Positions 1 to 9,788 of a stretch of DNA of 64,000 nt are shown in pieces. Both the position numbers and the translations under genes were made by a program. Under the pieces are notes generated by a model. It saw nothing but the letters and a program-made list of their open reading frames with translations. It did not search any database and was not told the DNA's origin. Each line of letters starts with the position of its first letter. The stretch's first letter is position 1. Source of the stretch: a virus. Taxonomy: Duplodnaviria; Heunggongvirae; Uroviricota; Caudoviricetes. The stretch lies in IMG/VR virus record IMGVR_UViG_3300028361_000018. One strand, given 5' to 3'.

Positions 1-75
1 TCACAATGAACAAGCAGGATAAAGGTTCAGTTAGTAGGGGCATCAAGCCAGGCGACAAAGTGAGTGTGAGATAAT

Positions 76-279
76 ATGAGACTTAACGAACTAGTAGGCG
101 AGTTTTCAATATATCTTACTAACGAAGAAAAGTTCGTGCTAGAATCAATTGACGGAGTAATGCCGCTAAATGGGTTTGAAGAAAGGCAGCAAGTCATTAT
201 AGGAAACCTAATCCGCAAGAGTGTGGTAAGTAAAGTTATGTACAAACAACAACCAATGGTAATGCGCAATGAGTACTGA
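76..279 (+). CDS. hypothetical protein (67 aa)
   Basis: ORF in the prevailing + orientation. No recognisable motifs. Confidence 0.3.
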   Translation: MRLNELVGEFSIYLTNEEKFVLESIDGVMPLNGFEERQQVIIGNLIRKSVVSKVMYKQQPMVMRNEY

Positions 280-694
280 GACACTGGCTAGAGATTTTGA
301 GAACATCATAAACAAAGGACTAGAGACTAGCTTTTTACCAATGGTGCGCGGCAATAGTATACGAATCAAAAACTACGTGATTAGGTCCAACCCAAACAAA
401 GGCTATTTAATTTACGATACTGTAACTAATGTGCAGACAGCAAGAACGCAGTTTAAATCGTCAGCAATTGCAATTGCCAAGACTCTAGCTGCTGGCAAAA
501 ATTCAGTATCTACTATATTGCGTTATGACTGTGAACTTAGTAAGCATCAGAATGACATTATGTTCTACAAAAACATGCTAAACAATACTAGCGACGATTT
601 TGTAAAGCAGGTTAGAAAGGTGCGAGTTGATGTTTCTCTTGAGAAGTCTCGATTGATACGCAAGAAAATAGACAGATTTATATTTAGCTTTTGA
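269..694 (+). CDS. hypothetical protein (141 aa)
   Basis: ORF, + strand, start overlaps the upstream stop. No motif recognised. Confidence 0.4.
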   Translation: MSTETLARDFENIINKGLETSFLPMVRGNSIRIKNYVIRSNPNKGYLIYDTVTNVQTARTQFKSSAIAIAKTLAAGKNSVSTILRYDCELSKHQNDIMFYKNMLNNTSDDFVKQVRKVRVDVSLEKSRLIRKKIDRFIFSF

Positions 695-735
695 TAAATA
701 ATACAAATACATATACTTTCATTTAGGACCCAACA

Positions 736-1485
736 ATGAACATTAGAGAATTCTCAAAACCAAAGACAGCCAAGACTTTAAATGAAAGTCTTGCTAAGAA
801 ATTCGGCGCAAAGATTGATATCGACGCGTTTACTACAGAACAGTTAATGAATGTTCGGAACAAACTGCGCACCAAAGTGTTCAACGTTGAGACTACTGAA
901 AGCTTCAACAGTGTACAAACAGCAGAATTTCAAAAGAACAAATTGTTCTTAGAAGTGTTAAACACTGCTCTTGCTGAGCGTGACGACAACATTTCTGATG
1001 CGCTAGACGAAGCTGTCAAGCAGGTCAATGAAGGTGCAGAAGACACTGCTCAGATCGTAATGGCTTCTAAAGACATGGTTGATCGTGTTACGGGCTGGAT
1101 GGAAGACACGTCTGAAATGGAAACAGAAAGCATGCTGGAACTAGCAGATGCAATTCGTGACGAAATGGGTTCAGAAAAAAGCGAAGCATTTGTTGCATTA
1201 GTTAAACAATCTCTTGAGTCACTTTACACTGCATTGGAGTCAACTCGTACTGCACTAACTCAAGGAGTGAGCATGTTGACCGGCGAAGGTGATCCTGTAG
1301 TACCAATGGGTGATCCGATGGACGATGAAATGGGAGATCCAATGGACGACAGCAGCTCAGAAGACGGAATCGACTCATTAGATGACGAAGACTTTGGTGC
1401 TGCTGACGCCGCTGCCGGCGGTGACGTGCCAATGGGTCGTGAAAAGCGTGAATCAATAGATCGCAATCGCTCAAAAAAAAAGTAA
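736..1485 (+). CDS. acidic hypothetical protein with DPMDDEMGDPMDD repeats
   Basis: 249-aa ORF, very acidic (D/E-rich) C-terminal repeats. The internal minus-strand ORFs at 1202-1474 are low-complexity antisense artefacts. Confidence 0.5.
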   Translation: MNIREFSKPKTAKTLNESLAKKFGAKIDIDAFTTEQLMNVRNKLRTKVFNVETTESFNSVQTAEFQKNKLFLEVLNTALAERDDNISDALDEAVKQVNEGAEDTAQIVMASKDMVDRVTGWMEDTSEMETESMLELADAIRDEMGSEKSEAFVALVKQSLESLYTALESTRTALTQGVSMLTGEGDPVVPMGDPMDDEMGDPMDDSSSEDGIDSLDDEDFGAADAAAGGDVPMGREKRESIDRNRSKKK

Positions 1486-1544
1486 ACGAAGCTATTGATG
1501 CTACCTTTCTTTATAGTACGCTAAGGCAACAACAAGCAGCTGGT

Positions 1545-1799
1545 GTGGCTGCTTTGTCTATGAGCAAGCTAAACAAATACATGCAGAACCAAAGCCAAGG
1601 ACACTTTGATTTTGAAGTGTTCAAAGCAGCATACGACCAAGACGATCGGCTACAAGAAATTGTTACTAACTTTGATGACAAAAAAATTGAGCTGAAACAA
1701 CACGATACGGACGAACTGTCTGTCGGTAGCGATGACATGGGCGACAGTAAAGTAGCAGCCATGGCTAACCGTGCAACCAACCTAGACGACACCCTCTAA
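1545..1799 (+). CDS. hypothetical protein (84 aa)
   Basis: ORF track; acidic C-terminus. Confidence 0.4.
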   Translation: MAALSMSKLNKYMQNQSQGHFDFEVFKAAYDQDDRLQEIVTNFDDKKIELKQHDTDELSVGSDDMGDSKVAAMANRATNLDDTL

Positions 1800-1807
1800 T
1801 ATAGTTA

Positions 1808-1836
1808 TTGACATCCTGTAGAATATATATTATAAT
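1808..1836 (+). promoter_or_regulatory. sigma70-like promoter TTGACA-N17-TATAAT overlapping a 13-bp inverted repeat
   Basis: TTGACA at 1808-1813, TATAAT at 1831-1836. CCTGTAGAATATA / TATATTCTACAGG palindrome spans 1814-1857. Confidence 0.5.
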
Positions 1837-1860
1837 TAAGTATATTCTACAGGAGCAGCA

Positions 1861-2175
1861 ATGACAACTCGTACACCACAAGAAATAGAAACTAGTATTA
1901 AAGAAACAATGGACACCTTCGTAGCTCCGGCAGTGGTCCAACATGGAGGCAACGTTCGGTTTGTAAGCTACAACGATGGCAACGTGGTTCTAGAAATGAG
2001 CGGAGCTTGCAGTGGATGCGCAGGGTCAGCCGCTACTCTACAGTTTGGCATACAAAGCATTCTTACTGAAATGGTTCCCGAAGTTAAAAGCATTCAGGGA
2101 TTCGACGACCCTAATTCAACAGTTGATCCTTATTTTACCGACTTTGACGATGACCCGCAATGGGGCTTTGAATGA
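1861..2175 (+). CDS. NifU/Nfu-like Fe-S cluster scaffold domain protein
   Basis: 104 aa with the GACSGCAGS CxxC motif inside a V..HGG....dG.vvLem.GaC.gC pattern typical of the Nfu C-terminal domain. Confidence 0.55.
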   Translation: MTTRTPQEIETSIKETMDTFVAPAVVQHGGNVRFVSYNDGNVVLEMSGACSGCAGSAATLQFGIQSILTEMVPEVKSIQGFDDPNSTVDPYFTDFDDDPQWGFE

Positions 2176-2855
2176 GTTTAGTAATCACCAAATACAACTA
2201 CACAAAACTAAGCCGCACAGAGTGTAATGGCGCGAGACGCTATCTTACTCCTGACGGCAGTGCAGTAGCCAGTGTAACAACCATTCTAAGTGAGACAGCA
2301 GACAAGAGTCACTTAGTAGCATGGCGCAACAGGGTAGGACACGCTAAAGCAAAAGAGATCACTACAGAAGCCGCCGGTGTAGGCACAAGAATGCACAAGT
2401 ATTTGGAAGATTTTATAGTAACAGGCGAATGGCCCACCCCGGGTAGCAATCCTTATGCAATTAAAGCACACGCTATGGCAACTGTAATCAGAGATCAAGC
2501 ACTGGTTCATATGGATGAAATCTGGGGCACAGAGGTTAGCTTGTACGTACCTAAAATATATGCAGGCACTACTGACCTAGTAGGAAAGTACAAAAAAAAA
2601 CCGTCTATTTGTGATTTCAAGCAATCAAACCGATTAAAGAAGCCTGAGTGGGTCAGTGACTATCGACTTCAAATAGTAGCGTATGCTGACGCTCACAACG
2701 CGGTACACGGCACCGATATACGCGAAGGCCATATATTCATGTGTACAAGAGATTTGGAGTACCAGCAGTTTGACGTGTGGCCTAATGAGTTTGATAACTG
2801 GCGGCACGAGTGGTATGAAAGAGTACATCAGTTCTATTCAATGTCAGGAAGTTGA
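2172..2855 (+). CDS. PD-(D/E)XK-type nuclease-like protein (RecB/lambda-exo family-like)
   Basis: 227 aa. TTDLVGKY ... ICDFKQS resembles the D / D-x-K catalytic motifs of the Cas4/RecB nuclease family. Confidence 0.4.
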   Translation: MSLVITKYNYTKLSRTECNGARRYLTPDGSAVASVTTILSETADKSHLVAWRNRVGHAKAKEITTEAAGVGTRMHKYLEDFIVTGEWPTPGSNPYAIKAHAMATVIRDQALVHMDEIWGTEVSLYVPKIYAGTTDLVGKYKKKPSICDFKQSNRLKKPEWVSDYRLQIVAYADAHNAVHGTDIREGHIFMCTRDLEYQQFDVWPNEFDNWRHEWYERVHQFYSMSGS

Positions 2856-2856
2856 T

Positions 2857-3147
2857 ATGAAACTGGAAACTAAGAAAAAGTACTACACTAAACTATATAA
2901 GTGGGCATACAAAAAGTATAGAGACACACACCTTAGTATGTTCCATAATGACATCAAATGCCCAGGATGTAACGAGTGGATGAGCATATCCGGTATCAAT
3001 CACAAACACTCAAGAGTAGAGCCACAGCCCGAATGGAACAGTCATATACATTGCGGACAGTGCGGCACCGACGCCTATTGGAACTTAGAAGCATTTCCGT
3101 TCCCGGCAAGTTGCGATAGCAAAGGCATGCCATTCCCGGATAAATAA
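2857..3147 (+). CDS. small Cys-rich zinc-ribbon protein
   Basis: Internal ATG at 2857 just after the upstream stop. CPGC ... CGQCG cysteine pairs. Confidence 0.4.
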   Translation: MKLETKKKYYTKLYKWAYKKYRDTHLSMFHNDIKCPGCNEWMSISGINHKHSRVEPQPEWNSHIHCGQCGTDAYWNLEAFPFPASCDSKGMPFPDK

Positions 3148-3175
3148 TACTAGCTAACACAGGAGTATCATTTAC

Positions 3176-4792
3176 ATGGCCGTTGTATCAATTTCACGAA
3201 TACAGCTTCGTAGAGGCAGAAAGAACCAAGGAACTGGATTGCCACAACTAGCAAGCGGAGAACTTGGTTGGGCAATAGACTCCCAAGAACTGTATATCGG
3301 CAACGGATCGGTATCAGAAGGAGCTCCCTACATTGGCAATACTCGGCTGCTTAGTGAGTCCGACGATTTGTTTGCTCTTGCAACCGGCTATATCTACGCT
3401 GGGACAGCAGGCAATGTACAGACAGGACTGTCTCCCAGCTTGCCAGTTCAACGGTCATTACAGGAAAGACTGGACGATAGGGTTAGTTTAAGAGCATTTG
3501 GAGCTAGTGGAGATAATACTGATCACTCTGTTTTACTACAGCAAGCAATTGATCAGCTATATCTAAACACCAACTCTGGTTCAAACATTGCTGCCAGAGT
3601 AGAATTAATAATTGAACCTGGTGAGTACACACTGCTAACCACAGTAAAGGTGCCTCCATATGTTACCCTACGCGGCGCAGGGTCAAAAAAGACTATATTT
3701 AACACAGGTGATAACATTGCTTTTGAAACCGTAAACAGTAGCAGCACAGTTGGAAACTATGACATCGAACCAACTAGCGGGACAAATCAATCTAGAGACA
3801 TTTCGTTCAAAGGACTTACTATTAACACACAAGGAGCACCTGCTCTTAAACTTATAAGTTGTAAGGACAGCATGTTTGACGACTTGGTTCTTCGTGGTAC
3901 TTGGGAGTTTGAAGACTCCGACTTAGAGACCCCTAATGAAAGTAATACTGCTATAGAGTTAAGCATGCCTAATGGGCTAGCTCCTACTAGCAACAACCAG
4001 TTCAGTAGAGTTGAAATCTATAACTACGTATACGCTGCAATAGGAGATGACGATATTAGTGATAATACATTTGACAACTGTATCTTTGATAACCTGCAGA
4101 GCGGAGTGATGTTTGGTGAAGCCGTTCAGATTACTGGACCTCAGAACAACTGTGTAAGAAACAGCAGCTTTGGCAAAGAACACGGCATTGTTGAATCCGG
4201 CTTTAAGGCACTGTCTGGATCAGGTAATCTGAGCGAGTCCAACAAGTACTACAATGTAGGCAATAATCAAGGTAGTTCAGAATTTAATGTATACCCGATT
4301 GTAGAGTTTTCAAAAAATGCCGGAACTAGTCACAATGATTGGTTCCTTCGTTCAACAGAATTAGGATATAGCCAAGACTTTATTACTAATGTTCCCTACA
4401 CTACTGAAATAGAAGGATCGCAAATTACGCAGTTAAACACCTCACATACGTTGAATGTGGGACAATCAGGGGAACCCCTAAGACTATTCAAGCTTCCGGC
4501 TGCATCTAACAAGAGGGGATATGTAATTGACTATTTCTATCGCAGCTCGTTTATAAACGCAGCAAGAAGCGGAGCTATAACCATAATAGTCGACCCTGTA
4601 AACGATAACGTTAGCTTTAGCGACGAATATGACTATGCTGGTGATCCTACGTATAGCGATAACATCGAGCTTAATGCAATACTTTTTGATGAGAATAGTG
4701 ACGGAGAAGTTGACACTGTGGTTATTAGTATGTTGAACTCTACTATTGATGACGATGCTGAATTTACTTACACAGTAAGGTACAAAACGTAA
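3176..4792 (+). CDS. pectate-lyase-fold (right-handed beta-helix) protein; tailspike/depolymerase-like
   Basis: 538 aa. LRAFGASGDNTDHSVLLQQAIDQL matches the FGAKGDGvTDDTaAiQaAid signature of pectate-lyase-3 / tailspike proteins. Asn/Ser/Gly-rich beta-helix-like body. Confidence 0.5.
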   Translation: MAVVSISRIQLRRGRKNQGTGLPQLASGELGWAIDSQELYIGNGSVSEGAPYIGNTRLLSESDDLFALATGYIYAGTAGNVQTGLSPSLPVQRSLQERLDDRVSLRAFGASGDNTDHSVLLQQAIDQLYLNTNSGSNIAARVELIIEPGEYTLLTTVKVPPYVTLRGAGSKKTIFNTGDNIAFETVNSSSTVGNYDIEPTSGTNQSRDISFKGLTINTQGAPALKLISCKDSMFDDLVLRGTWEFEDSDLETPNESNTAIELSMPNGLAPTSNNQFSRVEIYNYVYAAIGDDDISDNTFDNCIFDNLQSGVMFGEAVQITGPQNNCVRNSSFGKEHGIVESGFKALSGSGNLSESNKYYNVGNNQGSSEFNVYPIVEFSKNAGTSHNDWFLRSTELGYSQDFITNVPYTTEIEGSQITQLNTSHTLNVGQSGEPLRLFKLPAASNKRGYVIDYFYRSSFINAARSGAITIIVDPVNDNVSFSDEYDYAGDPTYSDNIELNAILFDENSDGEVDTVVISMLNSTIDDDAEFTYTVRYKT

Positions 4793-4798
4793 ACAACT

Positions 4799-5224
4799 AT
4801 GTTCAATAAAAAGTACGCCGACCGCCTGGTCTATTGGAGTGGTTTTCGCACCTCTCTAGAAACTTCCGCAACTCCTGTTGAGGATACTATTGCCTTATTT
4901 AACGCAGCGCCTATACGGTTATATGCCGCTGATCCATACGACTCTAGCACGTGGCCTGATCCTTGGGAATTGATACATGAAAATAGTTTCTGTCCTTTTG
5001 TAAGGATTTTAGCAATTTGCTATACTTTGCAATTAACTGCTCGTTTTTCGAACAGCAATTTTGAGATACATATTATAAAGGATCGATCTTTATCAACAAC
5101 TGAATATCTGTTGTATGTCGATGATCTAATACTAGGAACATCGCAAGGAAAGTGTGTAATTAAAGATAAACTACCCGAAACTGCATACTCTGAATACACA
5201 CATGTGATGCCACTGCTTCACTAA
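4799..5224 (+). CDS. hypothetical protein (141 aa)
   Basis: ORF track; no motif. Confidence 0.35.
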   Translation: MFNKKYADRLVYWSGFRTSLETSATPVEDTIALFNAAPIRLYAADPYDSSTWPDPWELIHENSFCPFVRILAICYTLQLTARFSNSNFEIHIIKDRSLSTTEYLLYVDDLILGTSQGKCVIKDKLPETAYSEYTHVMPLLH

Positions 5225-5303
5225 ATATCATACTAACAACACACTAGATCCACAACCCATAAAGGGTGCCTGGCCTATAAAAATATTAATACACGAGGAA
5301 ACA

Positions 5304-7556
5304 ATGATAGAAACAATTATTAAACGCAACGGAGATAAGCAACCATTTTCACCTACTAAGGTAAATCAGTGGGGTGAGTGGGCTGCAAAAACTCTAGGAA
5401 CCAGAGTTGATTGGTCAAGTGTGGTGTTATACACAGTAAACACTCTTCCAAAAGAATGTAAATCACAGGTTCTACAGGAACGTTTAATCAAAACGTGTCT
5501 TGAGTACAACGCCTGGTCCTATAATCGCATGGCCGGACGACTGTACGCGGCTCTACTTTACAAAAACGTATTTAATGACGTTATTCCAAGTATAGTTGAA
5601 TTACATAAAAAACTAAAAGCACTCGGCATGATGGAATACCTGAACTATAGTGATCAGGAATATGCACACGTTGAAAAGTTAATTGACCACAGTAAAGACC
5701 TAAAAGCAACACACTTTGAACTTAAACAGATTCGTGAAAAGTATTCTTTAATGAATAGAGTTACTGGTGAAGAATATGAGACACAACAGTTTGTGTATAT
5801 GCGTATGGCTATGGCTTTGTCAGAAGACCAGCCAAAAGAACGCCGTATGGATGATGTAGCAGCATTTTACGAACTTCTATCTAACAAAGAGATCAACGCT
5901 CCTACTCCCAACTATGTGAATCTTGGAACACCACTAAGAGGATTCGCATCTTGTTGTTTATATACAGTTGATGACAGTGCCAAGTCTATCGGCGTTGGTG
6001 ATCATATCGCATACACAATGACATACATGAGTGCAGGTATCGGCGCCCACCATCAAATCCGCTCACTTGGCGATCCAATTCGAGGCGGTGCTATTAAACA
6101 CCAAGGCAAACTTCCGTATTATAGACAGTTAGTCGGTGCTATTAAAGCAAACTTACAAAATGGTAGAGGTGGCGCTGCAACAACATACTATTCCATGTTT
6201 GACCCAGAAGTAAATGTTATATCTCAATTAAAGAATCCAATGTCAACAGAAGACAAAAAGATTCGTGGCATGGATTACAATGCAGGAACAAACAAATTCT
6301 ATGCTAGAAAAGTAGCTAAGAAAGAAGATGTATTTTTGTTTAATAGCTTTACTGCACCAGACCTGTACGCAGCATTCTATGGTAAAGACGAAGAGACGTT
6401 TGCTACTTTATATGCAAAGTATGAAGCTGATGATAGTTTCAAGAAAACCTATGTTAACGCTAGAAAAGCCCTGCTAGTGTCATTAAACGAAGCTTATGAA
6501 ACGGGCCGGTCCTACTTGCATTGGCCCGACGAAATGAACAGACATACTCCGTTCCATGACACTATTTTTAGTTCAAACTTGTGTGCGGAAATATCCTTGC
6601 CCACACAGGGATATGAAAGCATGGCCGACCTGTATTCTACAGAGGATCATGGCCGGGGCGAGATTGCACTGTGTAGTTTGGCCGGTATTGTAGTTGGAAA
6701 TATTAAAGATGACGAGCACTACAAAAAAGCGTGTTATTACTCGTTGCTGATGATCGATAAATGCATTCATAGAACTCACTACGAACTACCACACTTGTCT
6801 GTTACTGCTAAGAGTAGATTAAATGCTGGGGTTGGTATTATTGGACTAGCTCACCATATGGCCAAGAAAGACCTGCGCTACAGCAGCAGCGAAGGCAAGA
6901 AAGAGATTCACGACCTCTCAGAAAAGCACATGTACTACATGATTAAAGCAAGCTTGCAATTGGCAAAAGAACTAGGTAATGCGCCATGGATACACAAAAC
7001 AAAGTGGCCGGCAGGTTGGTTGCCTATTGATACATACAATAAAAATGTCGATGCAATTGTTGGGACTGAATTAAACTATGACTGGGAAGCGCTGCGACAG
7101 GAAGTTATTCTCAACGGCGGCATTCGTAACTCTGCCCTAGTTTCGATGATGCCCTCGGAATCTAGCTCGAAGGCATCCGGAACCACAAATGGATTATATC
7201 CTATACGTGATCTTGCTTTGCTAAAATCCGACGACAACATTATTATAAACTGGTGTGCGCCAGATGGCGAAAAGCTGGCGAAAAAGTATGAAATTGTTTG
7301 GGACGTACCAACTAAAGATTTAATTGACTGCTACGCTATTGTGCAAAAGTTTACTGACCAAGGAATTAGTGCTGATTTATATAAAAAACTTGTTGGTGAT
7401 GCATCTATTGGTTCAACAGAAATGTTGAGTGATTATTTCTATATGACAAAAATGGGTTTAAAGACTCGCTATTATGTGAATAGCAAAACAAGTGACGGAA
7501 TAGAACTGGACACAGGCGACGACGCTTGTGGTCCTGACGGCGGATGTATACTTTAA
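5304..7556 (+). CDS. nrdA: ribonucleoside-diphosphate reductase alpha subunit (class Ia)
   Basis: 750 aa. N-terminal ATP-cone (IKRNGDKQPF), NLCAEISLP active-site loop, C-terminal Cys pair (CGPDGGC) and GLK..YY motifs typical of NrdA. Confidence 0.9.
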   Translation: MIETIIKRNGDKQPFSPTKVNQWGEWAAKTLGTRVDWSSVVLYTVNTLPKECKSQVLQERLIKTCLEYNAWSYNRMAGRLYAALLYKNVFNDVIPSIVELHKKLKALGMMEYLNYSDQEYAHVEKLIDHSKDLKATHFELKQIREKYSLMNRVTGEEYETQQFVYMRMAMALSEDQPKERRMDDVAAFYELLSNKEINAPTPNYVNLGTPLRGFASCCLYTVDDSAKSIGVGDHIAYTMTYMSAGIGAHHQIRSLGDPIRGGAIKHQGKLPYYRQLVGAIKANLQNGRGGAATTYYSMFDPEVNVISQLKNPMSTEDKKIRGMDYNAGTNKFYARKVAKKEDVFLFNSFTAPDLYAAFYGKDEETFATLYAKYEADDSFKKTYVNARKALLVSLNEAYETGRSYLHWPDEMNRHTPFHDTIFSSNLCAEISLPTQGYESMADLYSTEDHGRGEIALCSLAGIVVGNIKDDEHYKKACYYSLLMIDKCIHRTHYELPHLSVTAKSRLNAGVGIIGLAHHMAKKDLRYSSSEGKKEIHDLSEKHMYYMIKASLQLAKELGNAPWIHKTKWPAGWLPIDTYNKNVDAIVGTELNYDWEALRQEVILNGGIRNSALVSMMPSESSSKASGTTNGLYPIRDLALLKSDDNIIINWCAPDGEKLAKKYEIVWDVPTKDLIDCYAIVQKFTDQGISADLYKKLVGDASIGSTEMLSDYFYMTKMGLKTRYYVNSKTSDGIELDTGDDACGPDGGCIL

Positions 7557-7570
7557 CTAAGAGAGAATAA

Positions 7571-8626
7571 ATGACAATTGATAAAAACGTTTTTAACACA
7601 GAAAAAACAGACTACGAAAAGCCTAAGCTGTTGCTTGGAGAACAGGAATCTGGTTTGTTTGATATCTTAAATACAATCCCAAATAATGCACATTATCTTA
7701 ATAGGTATATTAGATTTATCTATTATTGTGTTAATTACAACAAATATAATGTTAAGTATGAATTGCATCATATATGCCCAAAATCAAAAAATATGTTTCC
7801 TGAATATACCAATTTAAAAATAAACCCTTGGAATGGTGCAGAATTGAGTCTTAGGCAGCATTTTATAGCCCACCATATATTATGGAAAACGTATGGTGGG
7901 GATATGACAATAGCCTTCAAAGGGATGAACAATTTTGGGAGATATGAAAATAGATTAAATTCCAAATCATACCAATCTCTCGTTGTGCAGGGCAGGCGAA
8001 CACAATCTAAAAAGATGAAAATTTATTATGAGAATAATCCGTGGAGAATAGAGGAAATTAGAATTTCTCGAACAGCAGAGAATAACCCACTATTCGGGAA
8101 ACCTATATCAGAAGCTCACAAACAAAAGCTATTGGATGGTGGAAATTTATGGAGAGCAAATCCAGAGAATGTTATAAAATTTAAAATAGAAGCTAGAAAG
8201 CGTTGTAGTATACCAACCAATTGTCCTTTTTATGGAAAAAAGCATTCTGATGAAACTAGAAAACTTCAAAGCGAAAATCATTCAGGAGTTAATAATCCGT
8301 TTTACGGAAAAAGCCATTCAGAGGAAACAAAAAATCTAATAAGTGAAAAGGCCAAAGGTGAAGGGAATGGGATGTTTGGAAAGATGGGGGCTGAAAATCC
8401 GAATTATGGACAGAAGCGATCTAAAGAGTACAAAGATAACATAACAGGAAGCAAAAATCCTAGAGCAAAGTCAGTCGAAATAAATAACACACTATATGGT
8501 TGTATAAAAGATGCTGCTAAAAGGTTAAATTTATGCTATTCTTCGCTTTCCCAAAATTTAAAATACAATGACACAAGAAGACTAGAAAAAATGGGAATAT
8601 ATCAGTTTAAATTATTTACTAACTAA
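7571..8626 (+). CDS. HNH homing endonuclease with NUMOD-like repeats (MobE-like, inserted between nrdA and nrdB)
   Basis: YELHHICPKSKN...N...L...HF.AHH HNH core, then repeated NPLFGK.ISE.HK / NPFYGK.HSEETK motifs. Intergenic position matches T4 mobE. Confidence 0.7.
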   Translation: MTIDKNVFNTEKTDYEKPKLLLGEQESGLFDILNTIPNNAHYLNRYIRFIYYCVNYNKYNVKYELHHICPKSKNMFPEYTNLKINPWNGAELSLRQHFIAHHILWKTYGGDMTIAFKGMNNFGRYENRLNSKSYQSLVVQGRRTQSKKMKIYYENNPWRIEEIRISRTAENNPLFGKPISEAHKQKLLDGGNLWRANPENVIKFKIEARKRCSIPTNCPFYGKKHSDETRKLQSENHSGVNNPFYGKSHSEETKNLISEKAKGEGNGMFGKMGAENPNYGQKRSKEYKDNITGSKNPRAKSVEINNTLYGCIKDAAKRLNLCYSSLSQNLKYNDTRRLEKMGIYQFKLFTN

Positions 8627-8638
8627 GGAAAAGAAAGC

Positions 8639-9748
8639 ATGAAAGATACTATAAAAGATACTATATTTAACACGAAAAAGACGGATTACAATAATGTTTC
8701 CCTTCTAATGGGGGATCAACCAAATGGATTGTTTGATACTGTTAATAAAAAATTTCCTGAAATATGGGAGTTGTACAAAGTTTGTAAATCTCTTGACTGG
8801 GATGAAAATGAGTTCGACTACAGTTCATGCAACGTAGAATTTAAAACATGCTCAAAATCAACTTATGAGATGATGATTAAGACTCTGGCATGGCAATGGG
8901 AAGCGGATAGTGTAGCGTGTCGTTCAATCGCTCCTGTTATGGCTCCATTTATTACATCATCCGAATTATGGGCTGCAATCCAAAGAATTAGCGACCAAGA
9001 AGTTTTGCACTCTGCAACCTATTCTGAAATTGTTCGCAGCAGCTTTGATGATCCATCAGAGATCATAGCCGAAGTGTTGAAAGTAGAAGAGGCTATGGCT
9101 CGCATGACTTCTGTTTCCAGAGTGTTTAGTGAAGCGTACAAAGCTTCACACATGTATGCTCTGGGTATGATTGAGAACAATCAAGATACCTATAACAAGG
9201 CTTTCATGGTGTTTGTGGCACTGTTATGTCTTGAGCGCATTCAGTTTGCATCTAGTTTTGCTGTGACGTTTGCTATTTGCGACACTGGCATGTTTGGGCC
9301 TATTGGGAAAGCTGTTCAAAAGATTGCACAGGACGAACTAGAAGTTCATGCTGAATTTGACAAGCGTGTTATCACAGCAGAACTAAAAACCGAGCGTGGA
9401 CAAATTGCCATGGAGCAATGCGCTGATCAGATCAAAGATTTGGTTGATGAGGTTGTGAATGGTGAACTGGACTGGACTGAGTATTTGTTCTCAGAAGGGC
9501 GAGAACTGGTAGGATTGAATAAATCACTTCTATCTCAATGGGCACTTTTTTGTTCAAAGCCAGTGTACAGGTTCTTGAAAGTTAAAAGCGAGCATACACT
9601 GCCAAAGTCAAATCCGTTAAAGTTTATGGAAAATTGGCTTGACATTTCTAAAACGCAGGCATCTCCACAAGAGCAGGACAATGGTCAGTATAAAGTGAGC
9701 ATCATGCGTAGAGATGACGAAAACGAAGACTTCGACATTGGATTCTAA
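8639..9748 (+). CDS. nrdB: ribonucleoside-diphosphate reductase beta subunit
   Basis: 369 aa, ferritin-like R2 pattern (E..H iron ligands, FSEG-like region, acidic C-terminal tail). Adjacent to nrdA. Confidence 0.85.
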   Translation: MKDTIKDTIFNTKKTDYNNVSLLMGDQPNGLFDTVNKKFPEIWELYKVCKSLDWDENEFDYSSCNVEFKTCSKSTYEMMIKTLAWQWEADSVACRSIAPVMAPFITSSELWAAIQRISDQEVLHSATYSEIVRSSFDDPSEIIAEVLKVEEAMARMTSVSRVFSEAYKASHMYALGMIENNQDTYNKAFMVFVALLCLERIQFASSFAVTFAICDTGMFGPIGKAVQKIAQDELEVHAEFDKRVITAELKTERGQIAMEQCADQIKDLVDEVVNGELDWTEYLFSEGRELVGLNKSLLSQWALFCSKPVYRFLKVKSEHTLPKSNPLKFMENWLDISKTQASPQEQDNGQYKVSIMRRDDENEDFDIGF

Positions 9749-9788
9749 AGTATACGGTCATAAATAATAGAAACATACAGGATCTATT

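Noticed and set aside
1202-1474. Minus-strand ORFs (90 and 68 aa) inside the acidic-protein gene
   Set aside because: Antisense of a GAT/GAA-rich repeat region. Low-complexity Ser/Pro translation.
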